This document shows, in pieces, positions 24,410 to 37,384 of a stretch of 64,000 nucleotides of DNA; within the stretch, counting starts at the first letter, position 1; each line of letters begins with the position of its first letter. Source of the stretch: Hemiscyllium ocellatum (taxonomy: Eukaryota); contig NC_083430.1 of the NCBI RefSeq assembly GCF_020745735.1, positions 31,114,909 through 31,178,908 on the forward strand. Reading direction: 5' to 3'. Position numbers and translations under genes: made by a program. The notes under the pieces were generated by a model. It was not told the origin of the DNA, did no database searches, and saw nothing but the letters and a program-made list of their open reading frames with translations.

Positions 24410-26640
24410 GAAGATCAGAAGTGGGATTGGTTGTACTTGCAGATAGAGCAAGTAATTAAGGAAGTTAACAACGTTTCCGTTTATCACGGGGAAGCTCAAT
24501 AGAAAAGTAGAGATGTTATACAGGACACTGGTGAGATTAATACCTGGAATGACATTCTTATGTTTCCTCATTGGAAAACCATAAGACATAGGAGTGGAAG
24601 TAAGGCCATTCGGCCCATCGAGTCCAATGGCTGATGAGCAATTCAACTCCACTTATACGCATTCTTCCCGTAGCCCTTAATTCCTTACTAGATCAAGACT
24701 TTATCAATCTCTGCCTTAAAGACATTTAAAGTCTGTCCTCCGTGGCAATGAATTTCACAGGCCTATCACTCTCTGGGTAAAGAAATGTCTCCTCATTTCT
24801 GTTCAAAGTTGACTCCGTGTAATTCTAAGTGTGCTCACAGGTCCTAGTCTCCCTGCCTAATGGAAACCACTTCCCCTGCGTCCACCCAATCTAAGCCATG
24901 CATTATCTTGTATATTTCTATTAGATCTCCCTTCAACCTTTTCAACACTAATGAATACAATCCTAGGATCTCCAGCCATTCATCATATGTTAGGCCTACC
25001 CTTCCAGGGGTCATCTGTGTGAATCTCCATTGGATATGCTCCAGTGTCAATATGTCCTTCCTGAGGTGTGGTGTCCAGAATTGGACGGTATTCTAAATGG
25101 GGTCTAACTAGAGCTTTATAAAGTCTCAGAAGCACATACAGATCTACCTGGTTCCTAAACTGATGCCACTATCCCATGAAATGGAATATCTCTCTCCCAC
25201 ACCAATTTCTTAGCCACGTGTTTGCTTCCCTAATTTTCTTATCCCCTTGCCAATTAGCACATGGCTCGGGCAGTAATCCAGCGATAATGACCCTAGAGGA
25301 CCTGTTCTTCAATTTTCTTCCTAGTGCTTGATTGCCAGACAGGTCCTCCTTCCTGGCCTTGCCGATGTTGTTAGTGCCAATGTGGACCACAACAACTGGA
25401 TCTTCTCCCTCCTCCCTCCTGCTCCAATATCCTTTCACACTGGTTGGAGATGCCTGCCTGGTGCCAGGTTGCAGGACAACACACCCCAAGCGGGATTCCT
25501 GACCTAGCTTGCATAGGATACTATCTGTCCCTCTAATTGTAGAATCGCCTGTAACAACTACTTGTTTTTATGCTCCCCCATCTTGGAAGGCCTTCTGCAC
25601 CATGGTGCTGTGGTTCGTTGGCTCATCCTGTACATAGCCCTTTTCCTCATCCATATAGGGAGCTAAAATTTCATACCTGTTGGGCAAGGTCAAGGGCTGA
25701 GGCTCCTCCACTCCTGAATTTAGGATCCTCCTACCTGCCTCAGTTGCAGTCACACCCTGTTGTCCCTGATCACTAACTGAATTTGAATTACTTAATCTAC
25801 CGGGTGTAACTGCCTCCTAAAACAAAGCGTCCAGGTAACTCTTTCCCCCTCCCAGATGTGCTGCAGTATTTGAAGCTCAGATTCCAGAGTATCAATTCTG
25901 ATCTGGAATTCTTCCAATAACCAACACTTGCTGTAGATGTGATCAGCCAGCTCCCACATCACACAGCTACAGTACATCACCTGTCCAGCCATCTCTTCCT
26001 AGTTAATTAATTTATACAAATTTGAGTCAAATAATTTCTAGTACTTCTCTAAGGTCTTATTCAACTAAACTAATAGTAAACTTTTAATCAGTCAATATCA
26101 GTTGGAACACCTAATCTTAGTAACACCCGAGAGTCCTTTTTTTTTTGGTTAGAACAACAGGGCAGGTGGGAGACACTACATGTGTAGTGTCTCGGGATTC
26201 AGCGGCTGCCCAAATATATATCCAGCAGCCCTCTGCTCCTTGTTGTGGCCTCTCCCTCTGTTGCTCCTTTAAAAACTGTTCTTGCGCTCTCCCTTCCTGG
26301 CAGCCATCTGTTCTCTCCATCCTCTCTCATCGCCGCTCTGTAAAAATGGAGGCCTAGAGCCATGGACAGACTAGGCTTGTATCTGCCAGGGTTTAAAAGA
26401 ATGACCGGTGTCTTAATTGAAACATCTAAGATCCTTTAGGGTCTTTACAAGGTAGATGTGGAGAAAATGTTTGTTAATTATTGGAGACTCTAGAACTAGG
26501 GATGACAATTTTTAAAATCATTGATCGCTGAAACATTTTCTGAGGGTCATCTGTCTTTGTGACTCTGCTTCCATTACCTTTAGGAAAGAGTCCTTGAATA
26601 TTTTTAAGGGAGAGTTAGTAAGAATCTTAAAAACAAATCG
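24410..26640 (+). mobile_element. Old CR1 3' fragment split by the insertion at 24579-26355
   Basis: GTTATACAGGACACTGGTGAGA on the left continues as GACAGACTAGGCTTGTAT..TTAATTGAAACATCTAAGATCC on the right. Confidence 0.6.
24579..26355 (-). mobile_element. Internally deleted CR1: 5' UTR + ORF1 + RT C-terminus/3' end
   Basis: ORF1 pieces MAGQVMYCSCVMWEL..CWLLEEFQIRIDTLESEL and esterase-like DPVVVVHIGTNNIG..ANTWLRNWC join near 25138 to LEHIQWRFTQM..RLKGDLIEIYKIM and the 3' terminus. Confidence 0.85.
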
Positions 26641-26749
26641 GAAACTCAGCAGATTTGGCAGCATCTGTTCTTACGATGGGTCACTGGACCCAAAATGTTA
26701 ACTCTGATTTCTCTCTAAAGATGTTGCCACACCTGAGTTGTACAGTCAG

Positions 26750-27070
26750 TTGTGCAGCTTGGAATCAGACTCTTTGGTCTAACTTGCCCATGCCACCCAA
26801 ATATTCTAAATTGATCCAGTCCCATTTGTCAGTGTTTGGCCCATATCCCTGTAACACTTTCCTATTAGTGTACACATCCAATGTCTTTTAAATATTGTAC
26901 TTGTACCAACCTCCACCACTTCCCTGGCGGCTTGTTCTATACGCACAACCCCTCTGTGTGAGAAAGTTGCCTCTTGGGTCCCTTTTAAATCTTTCCCCTC
27001 TCCTCTTAAAACCTATATTTTCTAGTTTTGGATGCATTCCCCTACCGTGGAGAAAAGACCTTGGCTATTC
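26750..27070 (-). mobile_element. CR1 3' end
   Basis: Reverse-complement homology to 40370-40700. Confidence 0.85.
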
Positions 27071-27393
27071 TGGGTGGCACAGTGGTTCAGTGGTTCGCAC
27101 TGCTGCCTCACAGCGCCAGGGACCCGGGTTCAATTCTTGCCTCAAGCAACTGTCTGTGAAGTTTGCGCATTCTCGCCATATCTGCATGGGTTTCCTCTGG
27201 GTGCTCTGGTTTCTTCCCACAGTCCAAAGATGTGCAGGTTAGGTGAATTGGCCATGCAAAATTGCCTGTAGTGTTAGGTGCAGAGCTAAATGTAGGGGCA
27301 TGGGTCTGGGTAGGTTGCTCTTCAGAGGATCGGTGGGGACTCAATGGTCTGAAGGGCATGTTTCCAAACTGTAGGGAATCTAATCTAATCTAA
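27071..27393 (+). mobile_element. V-SINE (HE1-like)
   Basis: tRNA-like head GGTGGCACAGTGGTTCAGTGG..GGGTTCAATTC, V-domain GTTTGCGCATTCTC..GGTTTCTTCCCACAGTCCAAAGA, (AATCT)n tail. Confidence 0.9.
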
Positions 27394-27399
27394 TTCACC

Positions 27400-27911
27400 G
27401 TTAACACTCCTCTTTTTGTTGTCCCATTTCCCCCCCCCCTCCTCGGTCAAAGCAAAATGCTCAGAGACACAGTATAGTTTTACCTCCTTCATCTTTATTC
27501 CAGGCCCTGGAAGGAGAGAGAGAATGATTACCCATGTGCACAGAGACATAAATTCTCGGTCTTCTCTGAAATAGCAGTTTCTTAATGAATTATAGAGTCA
27601 CTTTACAGGGAGGAGCATCCAGATAAGGCAACATACATATTGATTGGGTGACCGTTAAAATAGGCAAATGTCAATAGCAAAGATTAAGCTATCTGGTGTT
27701 ACACAGTGAATTTTCTTAACCTTAACTGGCTTCACATAATGAATACTTCTCACCTTGTTAAACTGATGTTGCATACTGAATGCTACCAATATTGTTAAAT
27801 GGCTCTACATACTGGATGCTTTTCCACCTTGTTAACCCATTACCCTCACCTCCAGCACCCCATTGTTAACTGCATGTTCTTGTCTTTCCCTACTTGCCTT
27901 TACCCAATACA
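27400..27911 (-). mobile_element. Possible LTR
   Basis: Minus strand begins TGTATTGGG and carries CCAAT (~27642), TATAA (~27590) and AATAAA (~27494) in LTR-like order; no convincing TSD. Confidence 0.35.
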
Positions 27912-29024
27912 CACTCTCAGATGGCCAAGATCTTCACTGATAATGTCCTGAATGGGGTAGTGGGTTGGTACGTCATTGCCTGGAGACAGAACTGAACAAG
28001 ACATGTTGACATTGCAGCTTCAGTAGCATGGAGAATGAGTCATTCAGTATCTGATTCCCTGGGGTTTCTGTACCGTTTTACAATACTCAAATGTGAGACA
28101 ATGCATAATATAAAGCTGCGACACTGTTTGATGGACTTGAGCCCTGTCCAGGAACAGCAGTCTGCTTAATTTTTGCCTTAGCACCTGCATTCTACCCACC
28201 ACCTCCGCTGCTAATAAACAGTGGCAATTGCATTTAAACACCACCTCACACTCTACCACAATCACAAAGGAGGACAATAGTAGTAAAATCTAGAACATTG
28301 TCCCAAATTGGATGTAATTTGGCATTTCCTTATTGCTGTTCAATCATAATCCACTTAAAACCATTGCCGCCCATTAACATGTGCTTTTATTCCAGATAAA
28401 GCTTACATGATATCAGGATAAGAAGGATGGGCAATGCAGGTTACTTTGATCTGTCACCAACCTAAAAGGATTGCCTTAAAGCTGTAGTATTTCAGAACTG
28501 TGTAGTCAACCTATTAGTAAGGATAAGTATTCTGCTGTAAATCGTAACAATAAATAATGGTGTAATCTTGCTGATGTAGCTCAAAGCTTTCCTTGGCTTT
28601 GTTTCTAAACAAGTAAACAATGACTGTCACCTTTTTCAAATGTAAAATATATAAACCTTCAAAGACCAGAAAAGAATTTGTTACAATCCTATTTCTAAAT
28701 TTGAGAAGCAGCCAGATAATCTGGCCTTCTCTCAAAGATTTAAAATTAACAGGGGAATAAAAGATGTTATTCTCGCCTCTCTTGTGGGAAAAAAAACTTA
28801 CTGCTGCCTTGTTTGTATTTTGAAATGTATTACTGTTGAGAATTATTTGCTTCCAGCTTCTTTCTCTAATCTGATTACCCTATTGATAATCATATGTTAA
28901 CTCTGCTCTGTGATTTGGCTACAAAGATGACAGGTTGTGTGTTATTCATTAGTTAATGACTCACTCATGCCTGTGTAGTCACATGCATGAAGCATATCAA
29001 GGAAAAGCAAAATAGATTTTTTTT

Positions 29025-29215
29025 TTGGAAAGATTTGTAGCTCAGGTTGAGGTTCTGAATGTAAATTTGCTTGCTAAGTGAAAGATTTGATTTCAGATGT
29101 TTTGTCACCATGCTAGGTAACATCATTAGTGAGTCTCCAGTGAAGCTCTGGTGTTATGTCCCACTTTCTGTTTATTGGTCTTAAGGTGGGTAATATTATT
29201 TCTGGTTCTTTTTGT
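29025..29215 (-). mobile_element. Penelope terminal fragment with decayed hammerhead
   Basis: Homologous to 6490-6650 and to the reverse complement of 34880-35010. Confidence 0.75.
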
Positions 29216-29414
29216 AACATATTTCTCTATATTCAATTCATCAGCAAATGATCCAAAATATTCCATGCAAGCTACAGTATAATATCTTAATCATTTAAAT
29301 TTGTATTGTCAAGGGTGTCAATGTATGCTCTGTGGCTTTTCATGGCAGTGTCTTGTGTTCTCTGCACACTTATCAAGCCAATCTTTTGTTACTAAAGCCT
29401 CTCACTGAACACCA

Positions 29415-30107
29415 AAGGATATGGTAGCAGAAGTAGACCATTCAGCCCATCAGGTCTGCTCCTCAATTCAGTAAAAATGTTGATTGGATAATTCTCATTG
29501 CTCTTTCCTACATTTTTGCTATAATCCTTGATTCCTTCCTGATTTGAAAATCTGTCTTCCAGACATATTTAATAATACGGCCTCTCCAGCTTTGATAGAT
29601 TATTCCATCAATTCACTACTTTGTGAAGAAATTCCTCCTGTCTTAAATAGGTGACTGCTGTCCTGTCCTAGACTACCTCACAAGGAGGAACAATCTCTCC
29701 ATACCTATCCTGTTAAGCCCCTAAGAATTTTGTATGTCTTAACTATGATAAACACCAGTGTGTATAAGCCTAACCTGCTCAACCTCTCTTTAGAAGAAAA
29801 TCTTTCCATACCTTGAATCAACCTTGTGAACCTTCTTTAGTCTGCTTTCAAATCCAGAAAAGTCTCCCTTTTAGATAAAGGGAGGCAAAATTGTTCACGC
29901 TATTCCAGGTGTGGTCTGACTAGTGCCTTGTGTAGTTGTCGCAAGAAATCCAATTTCAGTACTCCATTCCCTTTGAAATAAAGGCCAGCATTCTGTTTGC
30001 CTTCTCAGTATACTTGGATACAAGTTTTGTGATTCATGCACATCTGTACATCATCATACTTTATTGCCCACCTTTTTTTTGTATCCTTCACAAATTGAGC
30101 AATTCAT

Positions 30108-30152
<45 letters not shown>

Positions 30153-30650
30153 GTGTCTCTGTGTCTCTCTCTCTCTCTCTCTTACATCAATTAGTTCCTC
30201 TGTACCTACTGTATGTTTCCACCTAAAAGATTCTAATAAATTTGTCAGAATCCTGCTGATTGATTATATTTTTTATTTTCAAATGATCTGTTCTTGTATC
30301 TTTTAAAACCGTTTCTTAACATTTTCCCAAAAATAGATGACAAGCTAACTGGCCTATAGTTGTCTGCTTTTGTTTTTAACCTTCCTGCCTTTTTGGATAA
30401 CTATTATATTGGCAGTTTACCAATCCTTTTAGATTTTTTCCAGCATGATTGAACATTACTACTAGTACATCCAATATCTGTCTCTTCAACATTGCAGGCA
30501 GTCCAAGGTTTTTTGCTTGAATGGTTCTGGGAGTCAGGACTGTGCACAGCCCTTCAAGGTTTGCACAGTAGAAAAGAAAATTAGATGGAATGCTTTCTGT
30601 AACTACTTTGGTTGCATCCAAGGATTTTAAACTATCAGGTCCTAAGGGCT
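29415..30650 (-). mobile_element. Old CR1 fragments
   Basis: 3' terminus GTAGCAGAAGTAGACCATTCAGCCCATC and RT remnant GCTAACTGGCCTATAGTT (NYRPVS). Confidence 0.7.
30108..30181. repeat. (CT)n microsatellite with GT interruptions
   Basis: Direct reading. Confidence 0.95.
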
Positions 30651-32139
30651 TTAATTGCATTTAACCCATTAGATTGATCAGTAATTTTCCTCGCTCTCTT
30701 TTCTCCCACAAGTATTCTCTACCATGAAGATTGATGCAAAGACATCTGCAACTTAACAGTGAGTGCTGCAGTAAATGACTCTTTCAGCCTCAACATCCTT
30801 TTCTTTTTTTCTCGTGTACTTTGTCATTTATGAATGATGTTTTAGCAAGGCTTAATTTCAGAGTAGAATCTTTGTCGTACTGATGTTTAGCCATTTTGTT
30901 GGTTTTGTATTTGCATTTTGTTGAAGATGGTGTTTAGCAATATGATGATCCACAAGGATTGTTTTAGTAATTTTGAGAGAGAGTTTATGCTACAAGATAG
31001 ACCATGACATAGAACATTTTGAGGTTATAATCAAAGCACCTAACACAATGCTAAAAGATTGTGTTTGATAGGATAGATTTGTATTCTAGATAAATTTGAG
31101 TGAGGGAAATCAATTGCCTTGTTTTTTTATTTTAATCAATTGCACTGCACAGGTGGTTGATGTGAGTATGTTATCCTTGATGAGTTCATGCTTTTCAGAA
31201 GTTTGAACAATAGTTTCAATTACTCTTTCATATAATTCCTTGTATATTTCTAATTGTTTGCATAACATTTGGTCTGGAATTAGTATTTTATTTGCTATTG
31301 ACTGCAGTTTTGCCTGACCAGCTGTGATATGCCAGAAAGGCAAATATTCAGGGTATTTTTTTTGTTACTTTCAAAGAATGGAGCTCCTTTTTTTTATCTC
31401 AGACTGCTGTGGATGATATTGTTGCTTTCAAGGTCAAAACTATCCCGCATTTGCAACTACAGCTCAAAAGATTACTGTATCTCCATTTAGTACTTTCTCA
31501 CTAGCCCATTAACATAGAAATTTGTTTCCTTCACTAACTTACTAATAAATGAATTCATACTGGGGAAAGTTCATGTTAGGCCATATCACAACAAAATGAC
31601 TAGTTAATGTAGACCGGTTTTTTTTTTTTCCCCCCTTTTTTTGCAGTCAAGGGGTGTTCGTGACACCACTTGCCTAAATGTGACTATAGATGCTGGCCAA
31701 GAAAATTGGTAATAACAAAATATTTGATTGTAGAGTTTCTCTCCATTGACCTGACAGCTGTTTGGTGCCTCTTTCTACTGTTGAACATCACCAAACTTTT
31801 GTGGCAGATATAGTGCCACAGATAGTTATAACAACTTGCGGAATTCAGATTTGCACATTCATCTGATTTTGGTTGCTTGAAAAGTGCTTTTGCAATCAAT
31901 GAGCAACTTCTTTCTGAAGGACGTAAACAAAAAGTCATTTTTTGCCGTGTCTCCAGGAACTTATTGCATTAGGAAAGCTGATGTGCGCATTTATGATAAA
32001 TAACTTCAGTTAACTGTCTTGGGTGGATTTTATAAAGTGTCATAATGTGGGAAGTTATAATTTCCCCTTTGAATAGAACTAGGTTTACCAAATGGCATTG
32101 AGGAAAAAAAATTCCAATAATTTATTTGAATTCTAGTTG

Positions 32140-32580
32140 AGGAAGGTTTACAAGGATTTGGAGGGTTTGAGTTATTGGGAGAGGCTGAATAGCAGGGGTA
32201 TTTTTCCTGGAGTGTTGTTAGCTGAGAGTGACCTTTTTAGAGGCTTATAAAATCATGAAGGGTATGGATAGGGTAATTAGGCAGGTCTTTTCTCTGGGGT
32301 GGTAGAGTCAAAAACTAGAGGGTATATATAGGTTTATGTTGAGAGGCAACTTTTTCACGCAGAGAGTGGTGCATGTATGGAATGAGCTGCCAGAGGAATT
32401 GATAGAGGCTGGTACATTTACAACATATTAACAGACATCTGATGGGTATATGAATAGGAAAGGTTTGGAGGGATTTGGGCCAAATGTTGGCAAATGATAC
32501 TAGATTTACCCAATATCTGGATGGCATAGCTCAGTTGGACTGAAAGGTCTGTTTCTGTGCTGTACATCTCTATCACTCGA
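32140..32580 (+). mobile_element. CR1 3' end
   Basis: Homologous to 40220-40705; ends CTGTACATCTCTATCACTC. Confidence 0.88.
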
Positions 32581-33989
32581 TTCATTCCTTTTACTTTTCA
32601 TGAATTTTAGGCATATCTTTCCTGGGATAAACTGTGTATACTGTTGTGGCAATGGTGCATCCTGTTTGTGTGAAAAATATCCCCAATGTATTTGACACTT
32701 GGGATGAATCAATTCTCTGCTGTCTGGGAAATTCTTCATTTCCAGTATCTTAACAGTACAATATAAGCCGTACTGATCAGATTTGAACACTCAATATTTT
32801 CATACATTTTCTAATAATTAAGCATGTCACATTAAATTATAGTCTGATGCTTCAGTTATGTTTAGATATGTGCAAGATTTTATCCTGTCTAGTGTTGCCT
32901 TTTGAAATTTCATCAATAGGTGTATTCTATCCTAGTTCTTAATATGAAGTAGGAGAAATATATAGCCTAACTTTTAAATTTAATCTGTGCTTTATTTTCT
33001 CTTTGCTCCCAAAGATGTCAGAAAGGCCAAAAAGGTGCTGGATGAATGCATGGTTTTCAGCACACTCCATATTTGGCTTTCATTTTCATTTCCCTTTTGT
33101 CTTCTGATAGCTGTTTGATCTCACTTGTTTTTTTTGTCGTCTTTTTTTCCCCAGAATATGCACTGATGAAAGAGCCAAGAACTTGAGTGAGGCAGTGTAA
33201 AATGACATATGCAATTTTTTTCTACTTTTGTCCCACCTGATTTTTTTTTTCAACTTGTATAATAGAAACTTAACTGCTCTTTCACATTGTTCAAATTAGG
33301 CCAGAGGTAATTATGTTTAAAATATATAACTATTGTTGGAGAATGCTATTTCTTGCTCTTTGCTAGGTCTTAGGAAGGATTTCTAAAAGGGAGCCAGAAT
33401 ATCTCTGAAATGAATTTTTGCATGCTTCTAATGCATCTGTCATTGACTTCAAAACTGTTTCACTGTGAAATTGCAGCTACAATGCTTGCCAATGGAATGA
33501 ATTTAGAGTTCTTGTTAAAAGTAACAGCAGCATCTTATTCCACAAACGCTTCTTCAGCTGTCAATAATGTTAAGTACAGCTTGTTGTAATGTGCCTTTTT
33601 ACATCTGGTTTTTAGCAAAGATCTTGGGAAAGGGCAATATCTGGATTAACAGCTGTCTGAGACAAATTTCCATTTGGTACGCAAAACCTAGCCTAATGAC
33701 TGGCTGTACAACCTGATTGCATGCTTACAGTTCAAATCATTTGCCAAATGTTGAAGTATTTGACCTTTTGACAAGGTTCAGCCTTGACTCAGGAAAATAA
33801 AATTTGCTGGACAGAGTTGGGTTTTGAAGTAATAAAAAGCACTTTGCCAGTTTCTAATTTTGTTTTGAACTTCAATATCTAGGCCCCTAGAACAGCTTTG
33901 CCTGATGAAAAGTTGTGGTTTTAAGATTTAAAGTTCCGTGTGTCACTGAGACTATTCAAATATTTTTCTCCTGAATATCTAACTTTGAA

Positions 33990-34327
33990 TCATAGAATCT
34001 CTTCAATCTGGGATCCTATGATTCAAATGTGGAAGTAGGTTTTTTGGCCCTTCTAGTCCACACCAACCCTCTGAAGAACATCCCACGCAGACTCATCCAG
34101 CTATCCTTCATTCCCCATGGTTCACCCACCTCACCTTCACATCCCTGGACACTATGGGCAATTTTCCACCCAACCAGCACATCTTTTTACTGTGGGAGGA
34201 AAAGGAGGCGCTGGAGGAAACCCATGCAGACATGGGGAGAATGTGTGAACTCCACACAGATGCCAGAGGCTGGAATTGAACTCATCCCTGCTGCTGTGAG
34301 ACAGCAGTGCTATTCACTGAGCCACTT
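33990..34327 (-). mobile_element. V-SINE
   Basis: GGAGGAAACCCATGCAGACATGGGGAGAATGTG..GCAGTGCTATTCACTGAGCCAC. Confidence 0.85.
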
Positions 34328-34844
34328 TTGGTCATTTAGAAATGATAAGAAAAAGTAGGGAAAAAAGAAAATGAAGAATTAAAGTATTCTAATTTTGATG
34401 ATATCCTCCACTTGGATAAGCAAAATAACTCATTGTAACAGAATACAAATATCCAAGGTATCTGTCAGACCTTTGTTCAAACAAGAGTTTTTGAGCTTGT
34501 ATGTACCCTGTAATCCGTTTTGATGTTTGCTAGGAAAAAAAAACAACTGAGTTTTTTGAACGTAATATGATTAGGAAATGAGTTTCATTGTAAAATGCAT
34601 TGAGAGCTTTTTGGTATTGTAGTAGAACATTTAGGGTAATATGCATTTCAGTTCATATCATGTTCCTTTATTCAACTGTTTTGGCATAATCTTTTTGGCA
34701 AGTATGTCCCGAGAAGTCTCCCCTTTATGAAGAGCATTAGAAGTAGCTGTCAAAAATTTGCCTTGTTAGGGAGAGACTTGAACTGCCTTGGAACTGCTAG
34801 CATGGTTTGTTGCCATGTTCCCCAAGACCTTGTGCAAACATTTG

Positions 34845-35012
34845 GAACTGGATGTAGGTTTGCTTTGCTGAGCTGCAAGCGCTTCATCCAGAGGCTCACT
34901 GAAGATGTTGCCTAGTATGGTGACGAAACGTCTGAAAATGAATCTTTTCAGCTCAGCAAGCAAACCTACATCCAGAACCTCAACCTGAGCTACAAAATTT
35001 CTCAAAACTCGT
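34845..35012 (+). mobile_element. Penelope terminal fragment with short inverted arm
   Basis: Matches 7110-7330; CTGGATGTAGGTTTGCT at ~34848 is the inverted copy of AGCAAACCTACATCCAG at ~34959. Confidence 0.85.
34896..34935 (+). ncRNA. Minimal type I hammerhead ribozyme motif (predicted)
   Basis: TCA-CTGAAGA-T-GTTGCC-TAGTAT-GGTGAC-GAAA-CG-TC-TGA: complete core, 6-bp stem II with G-U pairs, palindromic ACGT stem III, GUC cleavage triplet, 3-bp stem I. Activity untested. Confidence 0.7.
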
Positions 35013-36019
35013 TAGAGGTTTGGAACCACAGCTTTTGATATTGTAATTATAAAAGTTGGTTATATGTATTCATGTGCAAAAATCCTAATTGTTTTCTAGC
35101 TATATCTACTATTTTTGTGTTTTAGAATCATTGTATTCTTGTGCATTTTGAGGGTTTACAACAATCCAGTTTTTTTTTTATCGAATGAAAGCAAGACTTG
35201 CAATTGTTGGTAGCTTTCATTGCAAACAAATGTCCCAATGTGCTTTACAGTCAACATTGTGTATCTGGAGAAAGTTGAGGGAATGCTTGGGTTGCACAGA
35301 AAACTTAATATATTGTTTGTGGTTTGAGCTCTATTATGGTAAGTGGGATAATTGCCAGGGAAGTTATTGCAGCACATCTGCAAAAATGTTGTTTCCATTT
35401 TCTTGTCTCTTATTCATTGAATATTTAGTATATTAAAAATGTTACAGCATTTTTACATTATATAACTTTTTGGTCCATTTAGATTTTGTACATTGTTTTG
35501 TGTCCTGCACTGTCCTTTTCTCTTGCAAAACACAACTGAAATGTTTTTGATACATGCTTTTGGAAAGGTTGCTCAAGCAAAAATTGCTAATCGTTTTGCT
35601 AACCTAAATGGTGTTCTGATTAAACTGGAAATAGAAACAGAAGATTTGATTATGCTTGAAGAGCTGATCCGTAAATCTTAATTTATGATCAACACTCAAA
35701 TTGTTTATTGTGAAATTCAATGTAAACATCTAACTGATCAAATACTACTTCATAAGCGACTTAGAATCGTTTGAGGCTTATTTTAGTGGAGCAGTTATTG
35801 CAGGATCAAGAATTCAAACTTGAACAAAATTAGTACAGTGATTACATGTTTTTCATGGAATACAATACAAACAACCTGTTCATAAAATCAAAATCAAAAT
35901 AAGTAACAGACATTTTAACAAAAGAAATTGAAAACTAACAATAGATTACAGTGGAAAGTTGTTTTTCTGTTTCAGCCCAACCCCAAACAGTTGCCTGTCA
36001 AATTTTTCATGAATTTTTG

Positions 36020-36400
36020 TCCCCAAATGTCGCCACCAGCATCCTGATGTTTGGCCAGTCTCGGTTGCAGGACAGACCGACCAGAATTGGTGGTACATTG
36101 AAAAACAGTCAGAAAGGAGTTCCTCAAGGAATCATTAACATTGATGCTGGACCCTACAGCATCTCAGCATCAGGTTAAGTGAGCAAGACCTGACACTACC
36201 CAGACTAAAATCCACTTGATTGGCACCCATCCGCAACTTTCAATGTTCCCTCCCTTCACTACTAATGCCCAGTGGGAGCAGTGAGTGCCATCTCCAAAAT
36301 AGACTGCAATGACTCACCAAGGCTCCTCCAACAGCACCTTTTTTAAAACCCGTGACCTCTACTATGTAAAAGAACAAGGGCAGCAGATCCATGGGTGCAC
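36020..36400 (+). mobile_element. Deleted copy of the 8040-11125 LINE family
   Basis: GCAGGACAGACCGACCAGAATTGGTGGTACA (QDRPTR.GG, APE start) joined to CTTGATTGGCACCCATCC (3' part). Confidence 0.65.
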
Positions 36401-37384
36401 TCATGAAAGTTCCCCTTTGGTTGTGCTACTAAACGCCAGCCTGCTACCACACTCCACTCAGCCTAATATGGTTTGTAGAAACAATAGTACAGGACAAAAT
36501 TAATTAACATTTGGAAAAGCATGAGCAAATAAATTAAACCATGGATTTCCTGAAGGCAAATTGTGTTTAATGAACTTGATTCTGTTATTTGAATAAGTAA
36601 CGGGGGTGATAAGGACATGCACAATAACAACTGTGCATGATCTTTTAGTACTGAAGAAGAAACCTGTGAGTGAGCTAAATGGACATGTAGTACCATGAAT
36701 GCAAAAAGCAGAAAAGTGGTGAACTGCTGTGTTTCAGTCCTGGTATTTATGTTACAACTGTCACACTTGAGACCACGGAATTTTTCTATGAACCATTGGA
36801 AAGAATTGTTTTACATCTGTTAGTGATGCTGATTAGCTTATTTGGGGTAATGTAGAAAATGTTGTCATGATTTTGCAGAGATCAGTAGTTATGAGTAGTT
36901 AGTGCAGAATATGCATGGCTGTCAGAAATGCTCAATGCTTTTTGTTTACCTTCCATCCATTCTGAATGGATGGATATGTGCACACTTTAACAGCACTTAA
37001 TTAAATACTCTCTGGCTTCACAAACTTTCAAAATAATCATTGTGCTTGATAGAATGCTGCCATTGAATACTACTTCATGGATTCACTTCAAAATAGGGCT
37101 CATTAAAAGATCAAAGCAATTTTAAATTGAAGCAAATCTATTTGGCCTTTTCAAACAAGTGCATTATTGCATTATTATAACCTATACATATGTGGGCCTA
37201 TATAAAATGAGCACTTAGAACATGTAGTCTCCTGTCTCCTTCACATACTACACTGCTCGTTATCCATGTATTTAAGAGGTCCGCCCCAGACCCTATCTCT
37301 CTCATTGGTCTGATTCCTCGGTCCTTCACAGTGTCAGTTCTGTTGGAAAGGTAACAGATGGAGGATGGGAAAAATTTCTGGCTG

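Noticed and set aside
33121-33190. Strong acceptor-like site (AG at 33153-33154)
   Set aside because: No convincing donor nearby; poly-T tracts are common in this intron.
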